From Tubiluchus corallicola (Eukaryota > Animalia > Priapulida), in the NCBI GenBank assembly GCA_030141605.1, contig JAQGDQ010000036.1, forward strand, positions 496,001 through 560,000: a stretch of DNA of 64,000 nt, read 5' to 3'. This document shows positions 35,501 to 48,800 of this stretch, one piece after another. A model generated the notes under the pieces. The model did no database searches, was not told where the DNA came from, and saw only the letters and a list, made by a program, of their open reading frames with translations. The first letter of the stretch is position 1; the number at the start of each line of letters is the position of its first letter. Made by a program: the position numbers and the translations under genes.

Positions 35501-38500
35501 AGGCCAATTGGAAATCGTAATCTGCAGTTGCCACCAGATATTGATGGAGTCCCAATGGATGAAAGTCTTCCTCAAGCTTTTGCAAGAAACAAAGCTGTTC
35601 CCAAAATGCCTTCCAAACCTACTCATGCTAACAGGTTTGAATCATAAGCTGATCTGTAGATTTAAATTTATTTTGAGCAGTGACATTATTTTGTAACATT
35701 GAGCAGTTTAAAAAAATTTGTCATTATTTACGAATATGACTTGCCTATGGTAAAAGTGACATTAATGCATATTACTATATCTAAGAAGTCTGTTAGTAAT
35801 GATTTAACATGTAATATGAAAGGTAAAACTGCATAACTATGGATATGAGAGAGTTATTCGTGTGAAAAGAGAAATTTAAGATATTGGCAAGCTGGTTCAC
35901 TATGTGTCTTCAGTCTAAAACTTAAATGTAGTAACTTCAAGAGGAAATTCTGTTTAATTAAAATGAAATTGTTATTTATAGGCAATCTCGACGACATAGT
36001 TTGAGTTACACATCTAGTAGCAGCAGCAGTAGAAGCAGGTCAAGAAGCAGAAGTAGGTACAAGTCATCAAGATCAAGGTCTAGGTCATCAAGCAGCAGTA
36101 GCTCAGTCAGTAGCAGGAGCTCGAGATCAGCAGAAAATCGTGGTAAGTTATCCATATGTCTGATATTTTGATCATGGTTTTGGGGTCACCTCTCTATTAA
36201 AATCATTAGCATTTTTCTAATTGCAGGTTATTTTTGAAAGTCAGTTTTTATAACAGCTTAAAACAAGGCATTAGTCCTTCCGAGGAGCCTCTATGTGGCA
36301 GACTTATTCACTGTTAAGTTGTTAACTGTTCAATCAAAATTGTTCAAAATATCACCAGATTGAGAAATGGCTAGTGAGAATCTGTATTTACACCTTTTAT
36401 TGAATGTGGAAATTTTCCTGTGGCCTTTGACAGTTAAAAAACGATGAAGGTATTCTAAAACTAATATCCATTTCTTATTTTTGACTTTCAATAATCCCTG
36501 ATATCAAATAAACTCACACAGCTCAACTCGTATTCTTACAAACTTTCAGGTGAATGTCTCACACATTGAAAAAATTGTTTAATGTAGCATACCAATCTCT
36601 ATATGATATTCCTAATTCATATATTAGTTTCTACATACCTGTCGTCTACTTACATCTTTGTATATAAGCTGTATCAATTTTAGATGCAAATAAAATACAT
36701 ATTAATAATAATAATAATAATTTATCAAAGGTAATATTTGCAATACTACTCCATGTAAGTGTTGTTAATGATAACATTTCTTTGTCGAAGGTCACACTTT
36801 TAGCCAGAATTCGAGAACTAATTAAAAATGTCATAACAGTACAGATCAGTTAACTGCATTATAGACCCTGGACATTACCAATGTGCATTGAAACAACTTT
36901 AACCATGCATTCTTGTACATCGTGCAGTGCTCTAAAAGTTTGTGTTGAAGTTCTAATTGTTATAATCATTTATTTATGTGACACTAACACGATTTTATAA
37001 ATTGGAAAATAATCCACTTTAGAATTTCTGTGTGATTTTGATCCACAGCTGAATATCTTTTATTTCAACATCCTTCACTGCTGTTACTTCGGTTATTTTA
37101 TTTTTCACAAGGTTGTTTGACAAATGCGTTCTTCCTCAGGAACCAGGCGACGGTAATTTTTTTACAGTGCAGTTGTTGTTTCTCAGATTATAAACGTATT
37201 TCATCACTACTTTGCAGCTTTTGATTCAGGCTGGACATTATTTATTCAGCTTGTATTCTACTGGTTATTAAATTTCGGTATTTGGATGTTTCACAAATGT
37301 TTATTTGACTGTAAAAAACTTGTGTCTTTTCAAGAAGTTGATTGTTAATCAAACTAATTGGTGCAGGAGTGATATTTATTTTCTTTTTAGGAAACAAAAA
37401 GCCCGAAGTCAAGAACTTGGGTAAGGTTAAGTCGACTGTTAATACTAATTTGGGCACAGAACCAAATGTGAAGAAACCATTTGCTTTGTCTCATAAGCCA
37501 ATTAAATTGACACTGTTAAACAAGGTAACTAGTTTATTATTACCCGAAAAAATTGATGTATTTACTAACAATGTAAATGTTGATATTCTTCTTTAGAGAA
37601 AATTCTCGAGTAGCAGTTTCTTATATCCGATACAAACTAATTCCAGCTTCCCATTAACTGATATCATATTTCGTGTGTCATTGCTTGGTGTGCTTATCGT
37701 GTACAAACATAGTCGTTTATCTACGTTTCACTTATGTCATATTATCCAGAAACTATTACGTTAATAACTTGTTAGTTTTTCAACATATTTTTATCTACTT
37801 CTAAAGGAGTATTTCATTTGAATTTAAATTATTACAAAGCCATAAAACTTTAAAAAATCTGTTCATTAAGTATTTTCATGCTTTGTTTAGCCGGCAGAAA
37901 CTCGCCCACAGCCTAGGATGGAAAAATCGATATTCGAAACGTTGAAACCTGATAAGCTTACACAACCAGAAAGAGGTATGATTTGCATAGAGTTTAATAT
38001 TATAGTATTTACTCGCATCTCTGCAGTGCTCAAAGACACGTGTTAAGAAAAATACGTGATTTATCTGATTTTAATCTAGAACATTCCAGAAGTGCAAAAC
38101 AGGATGCATTACCCAAAGCAGGAGACAAACAAAGTTTCCAAACACCAGCAGCTAAGGGGACTGCTGCTAAGGTATGTAATAACTAGTGCTTCTATAGTGT
38201 ACTTGAGTAATTACCCGCCTTGTTTATTATCCGAGTCTGATAATTGTACCTGATTCCGACAATGAAAATGCAGACATAGCGATGTTAATACGATATCAAT
38301 TGTTTAGGAATTTTAAGTCAAACTAAACCGTTATTATAATATAAGCTTTTACAGCCTTACGGTGAATAAGAATATTAGATTTATTTCCCTAGAAATTTCC
38401 TGTAAAACTTGTTTTGTATGATTTTTTATCATTTCGTTCTTCATTGCACGAGAGAAATGACACAATTTGGGCACTCGGCACTTTTTTACACGTGAATACA

Positions 38501-40261
38501 GCATTTAACCCTTGGTTGCATTTCATGGCTTTAAAACCTGGGCTCCACACAAGCAGGTACCATGTCTTTGAATAAAAAATTATATGATCGCTGTTGTGAA
38601 TTTTTGGCTTCTTCAAAAAAATGCATAATCGCTGTTGTGAATTTTTGGCTTCTTCACTATTACTATCAAGCAGAGTTATATTATCAAAGCACTTTCACTC
38701 CAAACTCCTGGCAGTTTTGCTGACATGCCCTTTGATGTTCATCGTGAGGCTTTATAGCACCTGCATAAGTTTGTAGCTGGTTTTATCTCAAATGATGAAA
38801 TAATTGTTGAACTGCATACCATACTGACTTCTTTTTGATACTGTTTTGCAGATGGGTGTGTTGGTAAAAATCTTTCCAGTAACCACATCTTGTTTTAAAT
38901 TGAACTAAATTTTAAATACAGCTTTCAGCACCAGGCTTTTTAACAGTAAAGAAACACAAATTCATCATTGTTTTTTTTCAAAATATCTGACTCTAAATTC
39001 GTCTAAAACTATGAACACTGGACATTGTGGGAGTGACATAATATGCGTAGCTTTGTTGCTCTTATTATGCAAGACGAGTTGGTACATCTAGTACAGAGTT
39101 ACTATAGGTGATAAATTGATAATTATAATAATCAAATCTGTAATTATGAAATTTTAAATTTTCACACTGCATAACTGATGTGGAAGCCTTAGTAAACCTT
39201 GTGATATGATATTACAAATCATTTATAACTGGCTTACTTAACCTCCCGTTATGCATTAACCCCCTACCGCATTACTGTGTATGTCGTAGAAACAATCAAC
39301 AAGTGTTGATTGAGGCACAGATTTAAATGTCGTGAAGATAAAAATAATTACAACTTGGTCCAGCAGAAAGACGTCAATGAAATAAAAATAGTATCACATG
39401 GCGGGAGGTACAAGACACCAGTGAAGTAATAATTTTACAATTTTAGGATTGTGATAAGACTCACGACAGCTTACAGTTGAAACTTTAAACTTGTGCATAA
39501 TTTTAGATACCATGTGTATTTCTAACTTCTTAACTTTATTTGCTACTTTCAAGCTGTCCAAATAAAAAAAGCAATGGGCAATTTTGCCAAAGTATGCATT
39601 TTGAAGGCGAGAAGTGGTTTATTTCATACTAGACTTTTGCTTTAAAAGTATCAATTTCGCCGCATACATAACATTCACGTAGGTAGGTCGAGCAGTATTG
39701 TAAGGCCACAGCATGTGATAACTGGTTAAGGTAACAAGGCAGTTAGCTGACATGAACCAGTGGTTGTTTTCATTTGTGAAATAATATTTCAATTTCATCA
39801 CTACTGATGAATCTTAACAATCAGGTGCTTGTTCAATGTGGCATGACCAAAACATGACTCATTATCAAGGATATCCCTCTAACATGAGCCACTGAACCAA
39901 CAGACACATCTTAGCCAGTATGGCAAATAAAACTGTTCAGAGCAAGTATCGAACCCAATATTGAGCCCTTCCATGCCACACTCTTTTCCGCACATTCCAT
40001 GCACATGCACCAGCCCCAATATATATTAAAGTAACATTCATTTTCTAGTCATCTACTGGTGGAAGCAGTTCCAGCAGAAAAAGGGCAGCCTCTCCTCAAG
40101 CTCCTGCCAGACTCGCATCAAAGACAACGCTTCCATCTCAGAAGTCACAGGCAGCAGCTGCTGCAGCAAAGAAAACTTCCATGTCAAGAAGAGAAGAGTT
40201 ACTAAAACAGCTGAAAGCTGTAGAAGAAGCTATAGCAAAGAAACGTGCAAAACTTGCATAA
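23575..40261 (+). CDS. ZC3H18: Zinc finger CCCH domain-containing protein 18 (CBC-ARS2/NEXT adaptor), ~1025 aa, 19 coding exons
   Basis: Exons: 23575-24414, 24839-24919, 26504-26657, 28111-28307, 29005-29174, 29303-29405, 30425-30501, 30644-30742, 31385-31480, 31716-31778, 33446-33625, 34141-34236, 35243-35347, 35503-35634, 35982-36142, 37391-37524, 37891-37975, 38080-38171, 40049-40261. They total 3078 nt with all phases consistent. Diagnostic blocks: acidic N-terminus, CRFFNRGQCFWGQNCRFAH (CCCH, 26579-26635), PPTETAWERGLRKAKE, DEWHDPWRR, RS-rich tracts, IKLTLLNK and C-terminal SRREELLKQLKAVEEAIAKKRAKL. Confidence 0.95.
25196..25390. repeat. Imperfect ~100-bp tandem duplication in a ZC3H18 intron
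   Basis: AAATTT(T/C)ACAAAGAAATATAACAAC...AATATACTC...TTAATACCT...TAGCATTTTA starts at both 25196 and 25296. Confidence 0.85.
29725..29828 (+). other. Array of three consecutive stem-loops with different stems but similar U-rich/UCGYG loops (intronic structured element)
   Basis: TGCAGCAGCT[ATTTTTTATCGTG]AGCTGTTGCA (29725-29757), GCAAGATA[GTTTTTTCGCG]TATCTTGC (29764-29790) and CAGTGG[ATTTTATCGCG]CCACTG (29800-29822). A G-U pair in hairpin 1 favours the + (sense) RNA strand. Confidence 0.7.
31845..32501. mobile_element. MITE-like insertion with degenerate G-rich/C-rich ends in a ZC3H18 intron
   Basis: Left ...GATTTTTAGAAAGGGGGGTGCC...GGGCATGGGGGGTTCTCCCACAGAAAAATTTTG; right GGGGGTGG...CCCCCTCATGGATCTGCTTGTG. 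These resemble GGCGGATCCAGG...CCCCCCTGGATCCGCC-type non-autonomous elements that are common in invertebrates. Confidence 0.45.
34311..34935. mobile_element. Degenerate MITE-like element with inverted subterminal repeats
   Basis: GCGTTTACGTGTGGTAACACG (~34353-34373) is an approximate reverse complement of CATGTTACCGCGTGTTAATGC (~34880-34899). The mirrored ORF-track peptides MLPHVNAVQ (-) and MLPRVNAIQ (+) show the same thing. Confidence 0.4.
38587..38656. repeat. 29-bp exact direct repeat (period 41)
   Basis: ATCGCTGTTGTGAATTTTTGGCTTCTTCA at 38587-38615 and 38628-38656. Confidence 0.9.
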
Positions 40262-41645
40262 AAGACATGGTATAATAAATGATAACATAAGACATGGTTT
40301 GTAACTGCTGTAAATAAAAATAGGTTAGTGGTTATGTGTACAATAATTTTGGAAAGACATGGTGGAACCTGTTAATCATTCTTCACTTCTACTCGTCACT
40401 TTGCAATCTGTACATAAATTGTTAGTGCAAAACTTGCTGTTTTATTAATCATAGTCAGTTGATTAGGTCTTTAACAGCTTGAATGTCTGTGTAGGAAATG
40501 CCTTTCAATTCAAGTTTTCGTAGAGTGGTCAACTTATTTTAGTCATGTATAGTTACAAGATTTTAGTGTTTAAACAATGTTTAAATGTTTGTGAAAAAAC
40601 TTGTTAGTTTCTTTTTTTAGTATTTTAATAGTATATTGGAATGTAAAAAATTAACAACAGACAGAAGAGTTACAAAAGCCCTTTTTAGTTTCTTATTAGT
40701 TTCATTATTTGTCATTTTACTTGTAAAAATAGTGATTGATTTAAAAAAAATCATAGACATGGTAACTGATATGACCAATATTAACAGTATTTTATGTTTA
40801 AGGTTATGAAGAAATTGATGGCCAGAATATACCAGTATTAACCTACTGTAGTTTCCTGCTACATTATGAAACAAATTCTCACTCAGGATAATGACACTAT
40901 TCACCTCATTGTAAATTATACAAGGAATTAATTTACATCTGGTATGCCAAGCAACTTCAGGCTTCAGCACTTTTGTATCACTTTTAAAGCAATACTTCTT
41001 TGCTTATCCAATCCTCACCTACTGCATACTTTGTCACTATTTTCCACTCTCTTGAAATCACATACTGTACATACTTTTATATATTTGCTTATAATTGATA
41101 ATTATTAACAGTGACCAGGATTTCTCAGTCAAACATATGAAATATTTCTTCATACGGTTAAGAATTTGATAACCCATCAACATCAATTATAAATAGTTAA
41201 ACTTCATTTTTTTATATATGTATATAGTGCAGACAATGCTTCCTTTCACTCTCCCCATGATTGTAAGTGTTGGAAAAAAAATATTTGTCAAAGTGAATTG
41301 TATTGCTTTCCAGTAAATTTTCTGTAGCAAAGTTATTAGAGATTGAAAGATTGGCTTTGCAAGTCGCTGACCTTGAGTTCAAATCATTGGAATGAGTAAT
41401 GAGTTTTATTTTGTTTTGTTTCTGTGCTAACCACAGGAGCTAATATCACCTAAAAGAGGAAGAAGTGTCATTAATAAAACATTTAGTACAATAATTAGCA
41501 TATAAGTAGCGAATAAATGTGAAATATGAAGGTGGCTGATGAAGGCGGCTGCAAATACCAGTCTATATCTGGAGATTTAATGCACTTATCTGCAAATTCC
41601 AATTGTCAGGAAACCGTTCAGTCCAAAAAAGTTTGCAAAAACACA

Positions 41646-41715
41646 ATTTCATGTGGATGACAAGAAGGCAGTTTCTTATTATTTCATGTGGATGACAAGA
41701 AGGCAGTTTCTTATT
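41646..41715. repeat. Perfect 35-bp tandem duplication
   Basis: ATTTCATGTGGATGACAAGAAGGCAGTTTCTTATT twice, at 41646-41680 and 41681-41715. Confidence 0.95.
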
Positions 41716-42863
41716 AATCGCTGATAATTTTTGGCATCTATGCGGTAACACACATTTGGAACAAGTTGCTTAATTTGAGCTGAGTTGATATGACTGCATC
41801 AGCACGATTAGTTTTTATGAAATAAATTGCACTAAATGTCATAATCCATTGCTTATTACAATATTAAGTTAGCAATTTTATAAGCAAATAACTGAGTAAA
41901 CATTGGAAGTTAGAGTATTTTTTATGTAATGTAAGACTCCCTGTATGTGTAATGCATGATCCATGATGTGTACTGCGTATACAACAATTTCTATTTAAAC
42001 ACGTGGAAGTGTATCCATGGGTACATAACCTGCAATACATTTCTGTATTCACTTGAACAAGACCGCTATCGTCCAAATACGCATTACACAGACGAGGAAA
42101 CCACCGTTGCCTAGCTCATTTAGCTAGTTTTCAAGTTTTTGGTGGTCTACTTCTCTTATTGGCTTTCTGCTCAGGTGAATTTTAGTCACTTCAGGACCTA
42201 TATATAATAATATTTATTACATTTGAGTTTCTGAGACGTGTAAGAAGCTGACAATTATCTCATTTTTGCATCTAGTTGCAGTTTCTTCATTAAATGGTAA
42301 TATATATATATATATATGATGCGGTATTTTGAGTTTTTCCGTCTAATAATAATAATATGACAATAAGCTAACGCCACAGCTGTGATTATTTATAGATCAC
42401 TGTTGCACTGAAATTTCCACAGAGACATGGCTTCCAAACATTATTACTTCTTGCTTTCATGAACAGCAATCAAAAATGGCGGAAAAAGTGTCGCAAACTT
42501 TACTAATACACATGGAAATAGTCAATATGCATCAAGCGATATGTACCACACATTACGAATCACCCATTTCCCATAGAGTGCAACTTTGTACTAAACAGCA
42601 AGATACATTTGTTGTGAATTTGCATCTGGTGAGGCTGCATCTGAGAAATGGGTAATATTTTTTTCAAAAAACAGTGATTGTTATTCTAACTTTTGCTCTC
42701 TAAACTTGCGTTATTCTAAAGTTTTGACTTTCTAAAATGAATTTGAGTCAGGATAAAAAAAGCTAAACAAACAGCACAAATCATGTAGTGCACAGATATT
42801 GCAAAAACAGCCAACACGATTTTGCCTACAGTATCACTATGTACAACTATCATAGCATCACTT

Positions 42864-45800
42864 CTACATAACTTTTTTTTCTGATGCTTCTTTTTGTTTA
42901 AGAGGATTACGTTTATAAGTTTTTTCTACTGGACCCATTCCAGCTTTCTTGAACCTTACACTGTCTAGTCGCCGTCGTTCAGCAATATCCGATACCATAC
43001 GAGCATTACTAAAAGCTGAAAAATAATCAGTTGGTACAAATAAGTATCTTTTCCTGTACATGTATGACAGACGAAATAAGGCAATAAATGCAAGTGAAAT
43101 ACAGTATGGATGTTTGCAATTTTAAAGTCAAGCTAACTTCTATTAGTTTTACCTGAAGGCATCACAGATACTTGTAAACACTTTGAAAACATATTATAAC
43201 TTTAACAGTTGTATAACTTTCAAGAAAATAATGCTACTAATAATAAGTATATCAACTGAGTGAGTTTTTGCAAACCTATAGTCGTTTTTCTATAGTTTGC
43301 TATTTTTTTACAATAGCAAAGCCTCAGAATATAGCAGGTCAATATTAATCAACTGCTTTGATAAAAACTCACTGGCTTAAAGCAGTGCTGAAGGCATTTT
43401 AATGTTAGGATCAAATCATCTTTGTCCACACCTATTTCAGTGCACTATATGCATATTGGTATAAAAGGTGAAATTTTTTGATGTGTGATGTCATTGGCAT
43501 CTCGTGTTTCGCTGTTTTATCGTATAGCCTCATTAAATTTTTAGTTTTTCATCATTGTTGCTTCTATCTCACTAGTAGGTTGCTTTGTGCACCTTAAATA
43601 ATGCTTCTGACAAAGAGTGATTATATCTCTGTTTTCAAAGGCTAAAACTATAACACACAGTGGATTCTTAGGTGTGATGGATGAGAAAAGAATTGGACAA
43701 GACATCAAGCCATCAAGACATCTAACTAAAACACATTAGATGAGTTAGTGTGGCTTTATATGAAATGTTTTTGAGTTAAAATAGTAACACTAAAACAATT
43801 AACATCATTGGAAAAATACTCAAGAATTATGCAGTAGCTCCTAACCCAGACTAAATGTAGTTTTTTATGAATTACTATGCATGTATTAACCCAAAAAGTT
43901 GTGTCGAGCAGCATACTTGCATATCACAGATTTTATCTGCAGAAGTAATCCGCAGTCCGCATACTGCTATTCATATAGGCTAATGGAACATTGTACAAAT
44001 CTCATAGTTTCCGTATAGCTACAGTTTTTAATAAGTTACTTGATATATTTCCAAGATATTTTTTGCTATCTGTGATGCGTCATCCACGCTCTCCGGATTT
44101 AATGGTAACCTCCCTTTCTCCCTATTTTGATAATATTTATCCTAGTTTTCCCCCCAACTGTTACAACAAGGTAAAATGCGATCACGGTGAGATATAACAT
44201 CTCCTCCATTTGCCCGAAATAGAATCGTCAATTTTGAGGTACTAGATGAACTGAAAAAATCGAATAGGGACGCAGCACCTAAAATAGTGGTGCAGGATTG
44301 CACCTAATTGCCACTATATGATTATGTAACCTACATAATACTTTTGACCAATGAAGCAACCAAATTTGGGAATTTCCAATTTGAGATTCAAAATTAATTC
44401 ATGATATGGGCAAGCCTTTCATAAACTGATAAATAACAACAGTTACCGAGTTTAAATAAAATTATAGGAAAATTAAATTTCAGATATATTATGAGCAATA
44501 TTTTGAATTAAAGGCTTAAAGTGATCTTTGTTGTCTGGGAACTTATTTTCACATCCAAAAAAAGTGAGAAAGGTTGTCCTAAAGTCTTTAAAAATGTAGA
44601 AAGCACTTTTTAAAGAATTGAAAGTGTTATGTGAAAGCCATTGCTGTTGCCAAATTTGGCATTAAAATAGGTATCTAAAAATGCTGAGATGTAAAAAAGC
44701 CCCCACAACGGGAGTTTACAGTGCTCCCTCTGACCCAGGTCTGAATTTTTGAGGACTCGCCCTATTTTGGACATCTGTATGCTGGAATGTCTGGTGCTGA
44801 GTAGTCTGGTATAATTTGTGTAAATTCAGTAAAAAAAAGTCTGGTACAGTAGCACTTCATTTGTGATTTACTGCATACGTGCGTGCATTGTTAAATACAC
44901 AGGAGGTGCACCAGTGACATCACACCTAACTAATACAGCTTACTTTTGCCTATAGAAAGCTTTTTTGCCAGTTTTCAAATATGATATAGTTACCAGCAAT
45001 GTGTAAAGCATATTTTGACATCCAATCATATTTTGCCATTCAGTTTCATTTCAAAGATCTATAACCGCAAATCGCTGCAAAAAGTAGTCAAGTCCAATTT
45101 CAGACTCACTCACTCTGTTTACAAGGGAAATTAGATGAGATGAGGATATTAGATTAAGAGACCACAATGAAAATAAGAAACATATTCTTAGTGTGTTACA
45201 TCAGGAAACTTTTCCTAATTTTATAAACTCTATCCATACAAATCTAAAGTAATTCTTTAATACTCACACTCTTTTACACCTTCTACAAATCCTTTCTTTT
45301 TAATCGGTAAATCCTGTGGATTTATGTGAACAAGTTTCTCAATGTTGAATAACTGTCTCATTTTTGGTATTCGAAGAACTCCAACTTGGCAAAGTGTGAA
45401 GGCGTTGGAGGTGACCCAGTAGCATAACACAGCCTAAATTGATAAATTTAGTACAACTTTATCTCATTTCATCTTCGTAACCGAGTCTTGATTGAATAGA
45501 CTGGGATAGCTTATAGGAATTTGCCCAGTCTTATGGTACTCATACATCACAATCACATTTAGCTCCAAATAAAAAATTACTAAATTAATGGGAACACACG
45601 ATACCAATATATCATTTTGCAGTTACTAATCTTTCTACATCAGAAAGCATCAGATAAGTGAGATGAAGTGTTACTACAAAAAGTATAAATGTAAAAAGAA
45701 AGTAACCAACACAGCAAAAATCTAAAAGAAAGGCCTTGCATATCATGAATCCCGTAAGAACTCTCTACTGCATACGAATATTAAACTAGAAACAAAGATT

Positions 45801-48800
45801 TAGAATCTGCTTGTGCCTACAACACTTATAATGTTAGATTTAAGTTCCCCAAAATTACAGATAAAAGGATGACAAGGTAGTTAACAGGTTGACCATGTTT
45901 TGGGAACTTAATTTGCTATTTTCCTCAGGTTATTATTAACCACATTCAACAAGTTAATATTTTTGGAAAACCACATCAAAAAACACCACACACTTATATG
46001 TCTTACCGCAGGAAACTTGATCACGAATGGAAACAAAACAAATGGTAATGCACGCAAAACATACTTCATGTGTTTCATTGTCTCCAGCCGTGCACCTGTC
46101 TCTGCTCCCAACTGAAAAAAAATGATGCAATTCATAAGAGAAACACCAACAAATCTGGGCTGTAATCAGTGTTTTGAAATTCCTCCTTTACGAAACAGTT
46201 TTACGAGTAGTTGTTCTGCCTAAAGCATTTTTTGTTGCCACGACAAATATAGAAACTGATACATTATTAATTCTTCATTGACAGTACTTCAATAATATTG
46301 AAAACGCAGTATAAGTTAATGCCCTTTCTTATTAATACAGTGTTGCAGGAGATAGTTACATTCTTGAGGGTATGAATTTAATATTTTGGCATTTCTTTAT
46401 TGATTACCATCACAGATTGACTGCACACTTCTGTCTAACCATCAGCTTAACCATTTGTGCTCCAATGTATCAGCAAAGTTGGAAAAATTGTCAGTTTATA
46501 GCATTTTTGACAGTGTTGGTCAACTATTGATCACAAATCGGATCACTGTCTCTTTTTTTTGTTAGTGGTTAGCTTAGCTTTTTGTCCTTTATGATGTTTC
46601 ATCGTTGCCTAAATCCAATAAATGGTTATAAAATTATTCACAAGTTTAAAAACACTCCCAGCAATTGACTGGATATCCAACGCTAGTAGCACTTTATGGA
46701 TAACTCCCAATTTGACATGCCTTGTTGATACCATATAGTATATATATACGTCAAACCAGCAATTACTCCAACACAAATTAAGCAGGGTCTATTAATGCTG
46801 GTACATGAAATTTCTCTCATTTTCAAGAATACTCGTCTGGGATAACACTTAGTTGGCAGACACATTTTGCCTAGTTAGTCATGTATATAAGTACATATGT
46901 TTTCTTTCACTGAGAGGAAATTGCCGGGTAATATGGCAGATAAAACATGCCAGAAAACTGTCACTCGCCCTTTTACTTACCTGACATAAGTTCACGTGAC
47001 ACTGCTTACCTTTTTGAAGATTTTTCCAAGTTTTCTGCCCTTACCCTTGTCCCATTCCCCTCGTTATGATAAAAAAGATTTCTCAATACATTTTAAATGA
47101 AAACGAATAAGGATAGCTCATTAGTCATCGTTAGCTAACAGCCATCCTGAATAGAAAAATAAAACTACTATTTATTGTTATGCCGCAAAAGTGCCTTTAG
47201 ATAGTTCTTCAACTTACCTCTAGAGTAACTAACAATGTCACACTAGTTACAAGTGGTAGTAAGTAATAGGGATCCGGCAACGTTAAATTGGTGAACCACC
47301 ATAGTCCTCCATCTTTAAAACTTTCCACTGGAACATTTGCCATACGTCGCAAGCCCAGAAAAAATGAGATAAACACAGGCATCTAAACCAGAATATACCA
47401 AACTATGCAATTACACACACTCCAAAAATCAGCATTTTTCTACATCGCAAGCTCGAGAGTTAGCAGCACAAAACATGTTGCTAATCTTATCAGTTTTTGC
47501 AAAAAAAATTTATTACTGGTCCACATTCATACCTGAACAAAAACAGGAGCCAAGTTCTTGAAAGGATTAATATCTTTTTCCTTCATAAACTGCATCATCT
47601 GATGTGTGATCAAAGCAACTGAAATTAAATATCCAAATGATGCTAACTTTCAGCTGAAATGCTAAATTCAATGACTAAAAAATTGCAAGATTTAGTTTTT
47701 GAAAAATTGCATGCTAATGTCAGTTAAATTCCATTCAAATGTCTATAAAAATGAGAACTGGGTAAACTGGATCAGAAAAAGCTGAAATAATACAATTGCA
47801 ACGAAATGCAATATACTGACTAGTTCTACCTCAATGTCACTTTCAAGGCTTAGTTCATTTTGTTGTAATATTACTCTGTCACTATGAAAGCTAGCCGAAC
47901 ACACATTTTTCAAAATGAATTTAACTCAGTATTTGACTATAGTTAATAAATTTGGTTAACTATCTAAGTACCTTCAATCTGATTTCCTGATCGTCGTGCC
48001 TGGGAAAGTTTTTCTTGAAAAAGTTGCATCTGAGGCATCGAATTATGTGTCTTTGCAGCATTTTGTTGTGCTTTGATTATTAATGGAAACATGAGACATC
48101 TAACTACAACAGTGGCTGAAACATTGTTAAAAGAATGCAGTTAAAAACTTCATTTTATCAGATGTGAAGTAGATGAAAAATTTAGTTACATTTTACCTAA
48201 TGACAAACTACAGGTACTTAACTGATTTCTATCGTATATATTAATTTCGGTGGCATATAAAAAATTGCAAAACTTCTGCCTCTTATTTCTAGAGAACAGG
48301 AATGAGCCGGGGGCGGTGCTGGTTATACTTGAATAGCCTGTTCAATGGTGGGCGTAATAGTCATATTTAGATTTTGCGACATGCTACGAGCATTTTCCCG
48401 GACCCAACCACGCAAATTTTGCTGAAAACTGCTCAAACGCCTCTAGAAAAACTCAATTTGTGCAACTGTTTGGGAAAGCTAAGAAAAAATAAACACACTT
48501 TCAGAAAGAGAATGAAATGGTCTACAAAGTGTTGGTGGTCTCCCTAGGAGAGATGTCCACTATATGAAACGGGAGGGGTGTATTTCAAAGTTCTTTTTCT
48601 ACCCCCGTGCTGCATGTTATTTGGAACACGCATTGTCTTTGAGTTTGAGAAATTACGGGGCTGTTCCAGGCATTGTCTCCACCCGTCGTTCTACAGTGTT
48701 ATAGATTGTACATATAAATAAGTTCTGTTAGCTTATTATCATCATCTGACAAACAGCAAACAAAACTATGTTGAATGTCTGCACATTATTGATCATTGGT

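Noticed and set aside
41320-41400. tRNA-like stretch with a B-box-like GAGTTCAAATC
   Set aside because: No complete cloverleaf or acceptor stem; at most a decayed SINE head.
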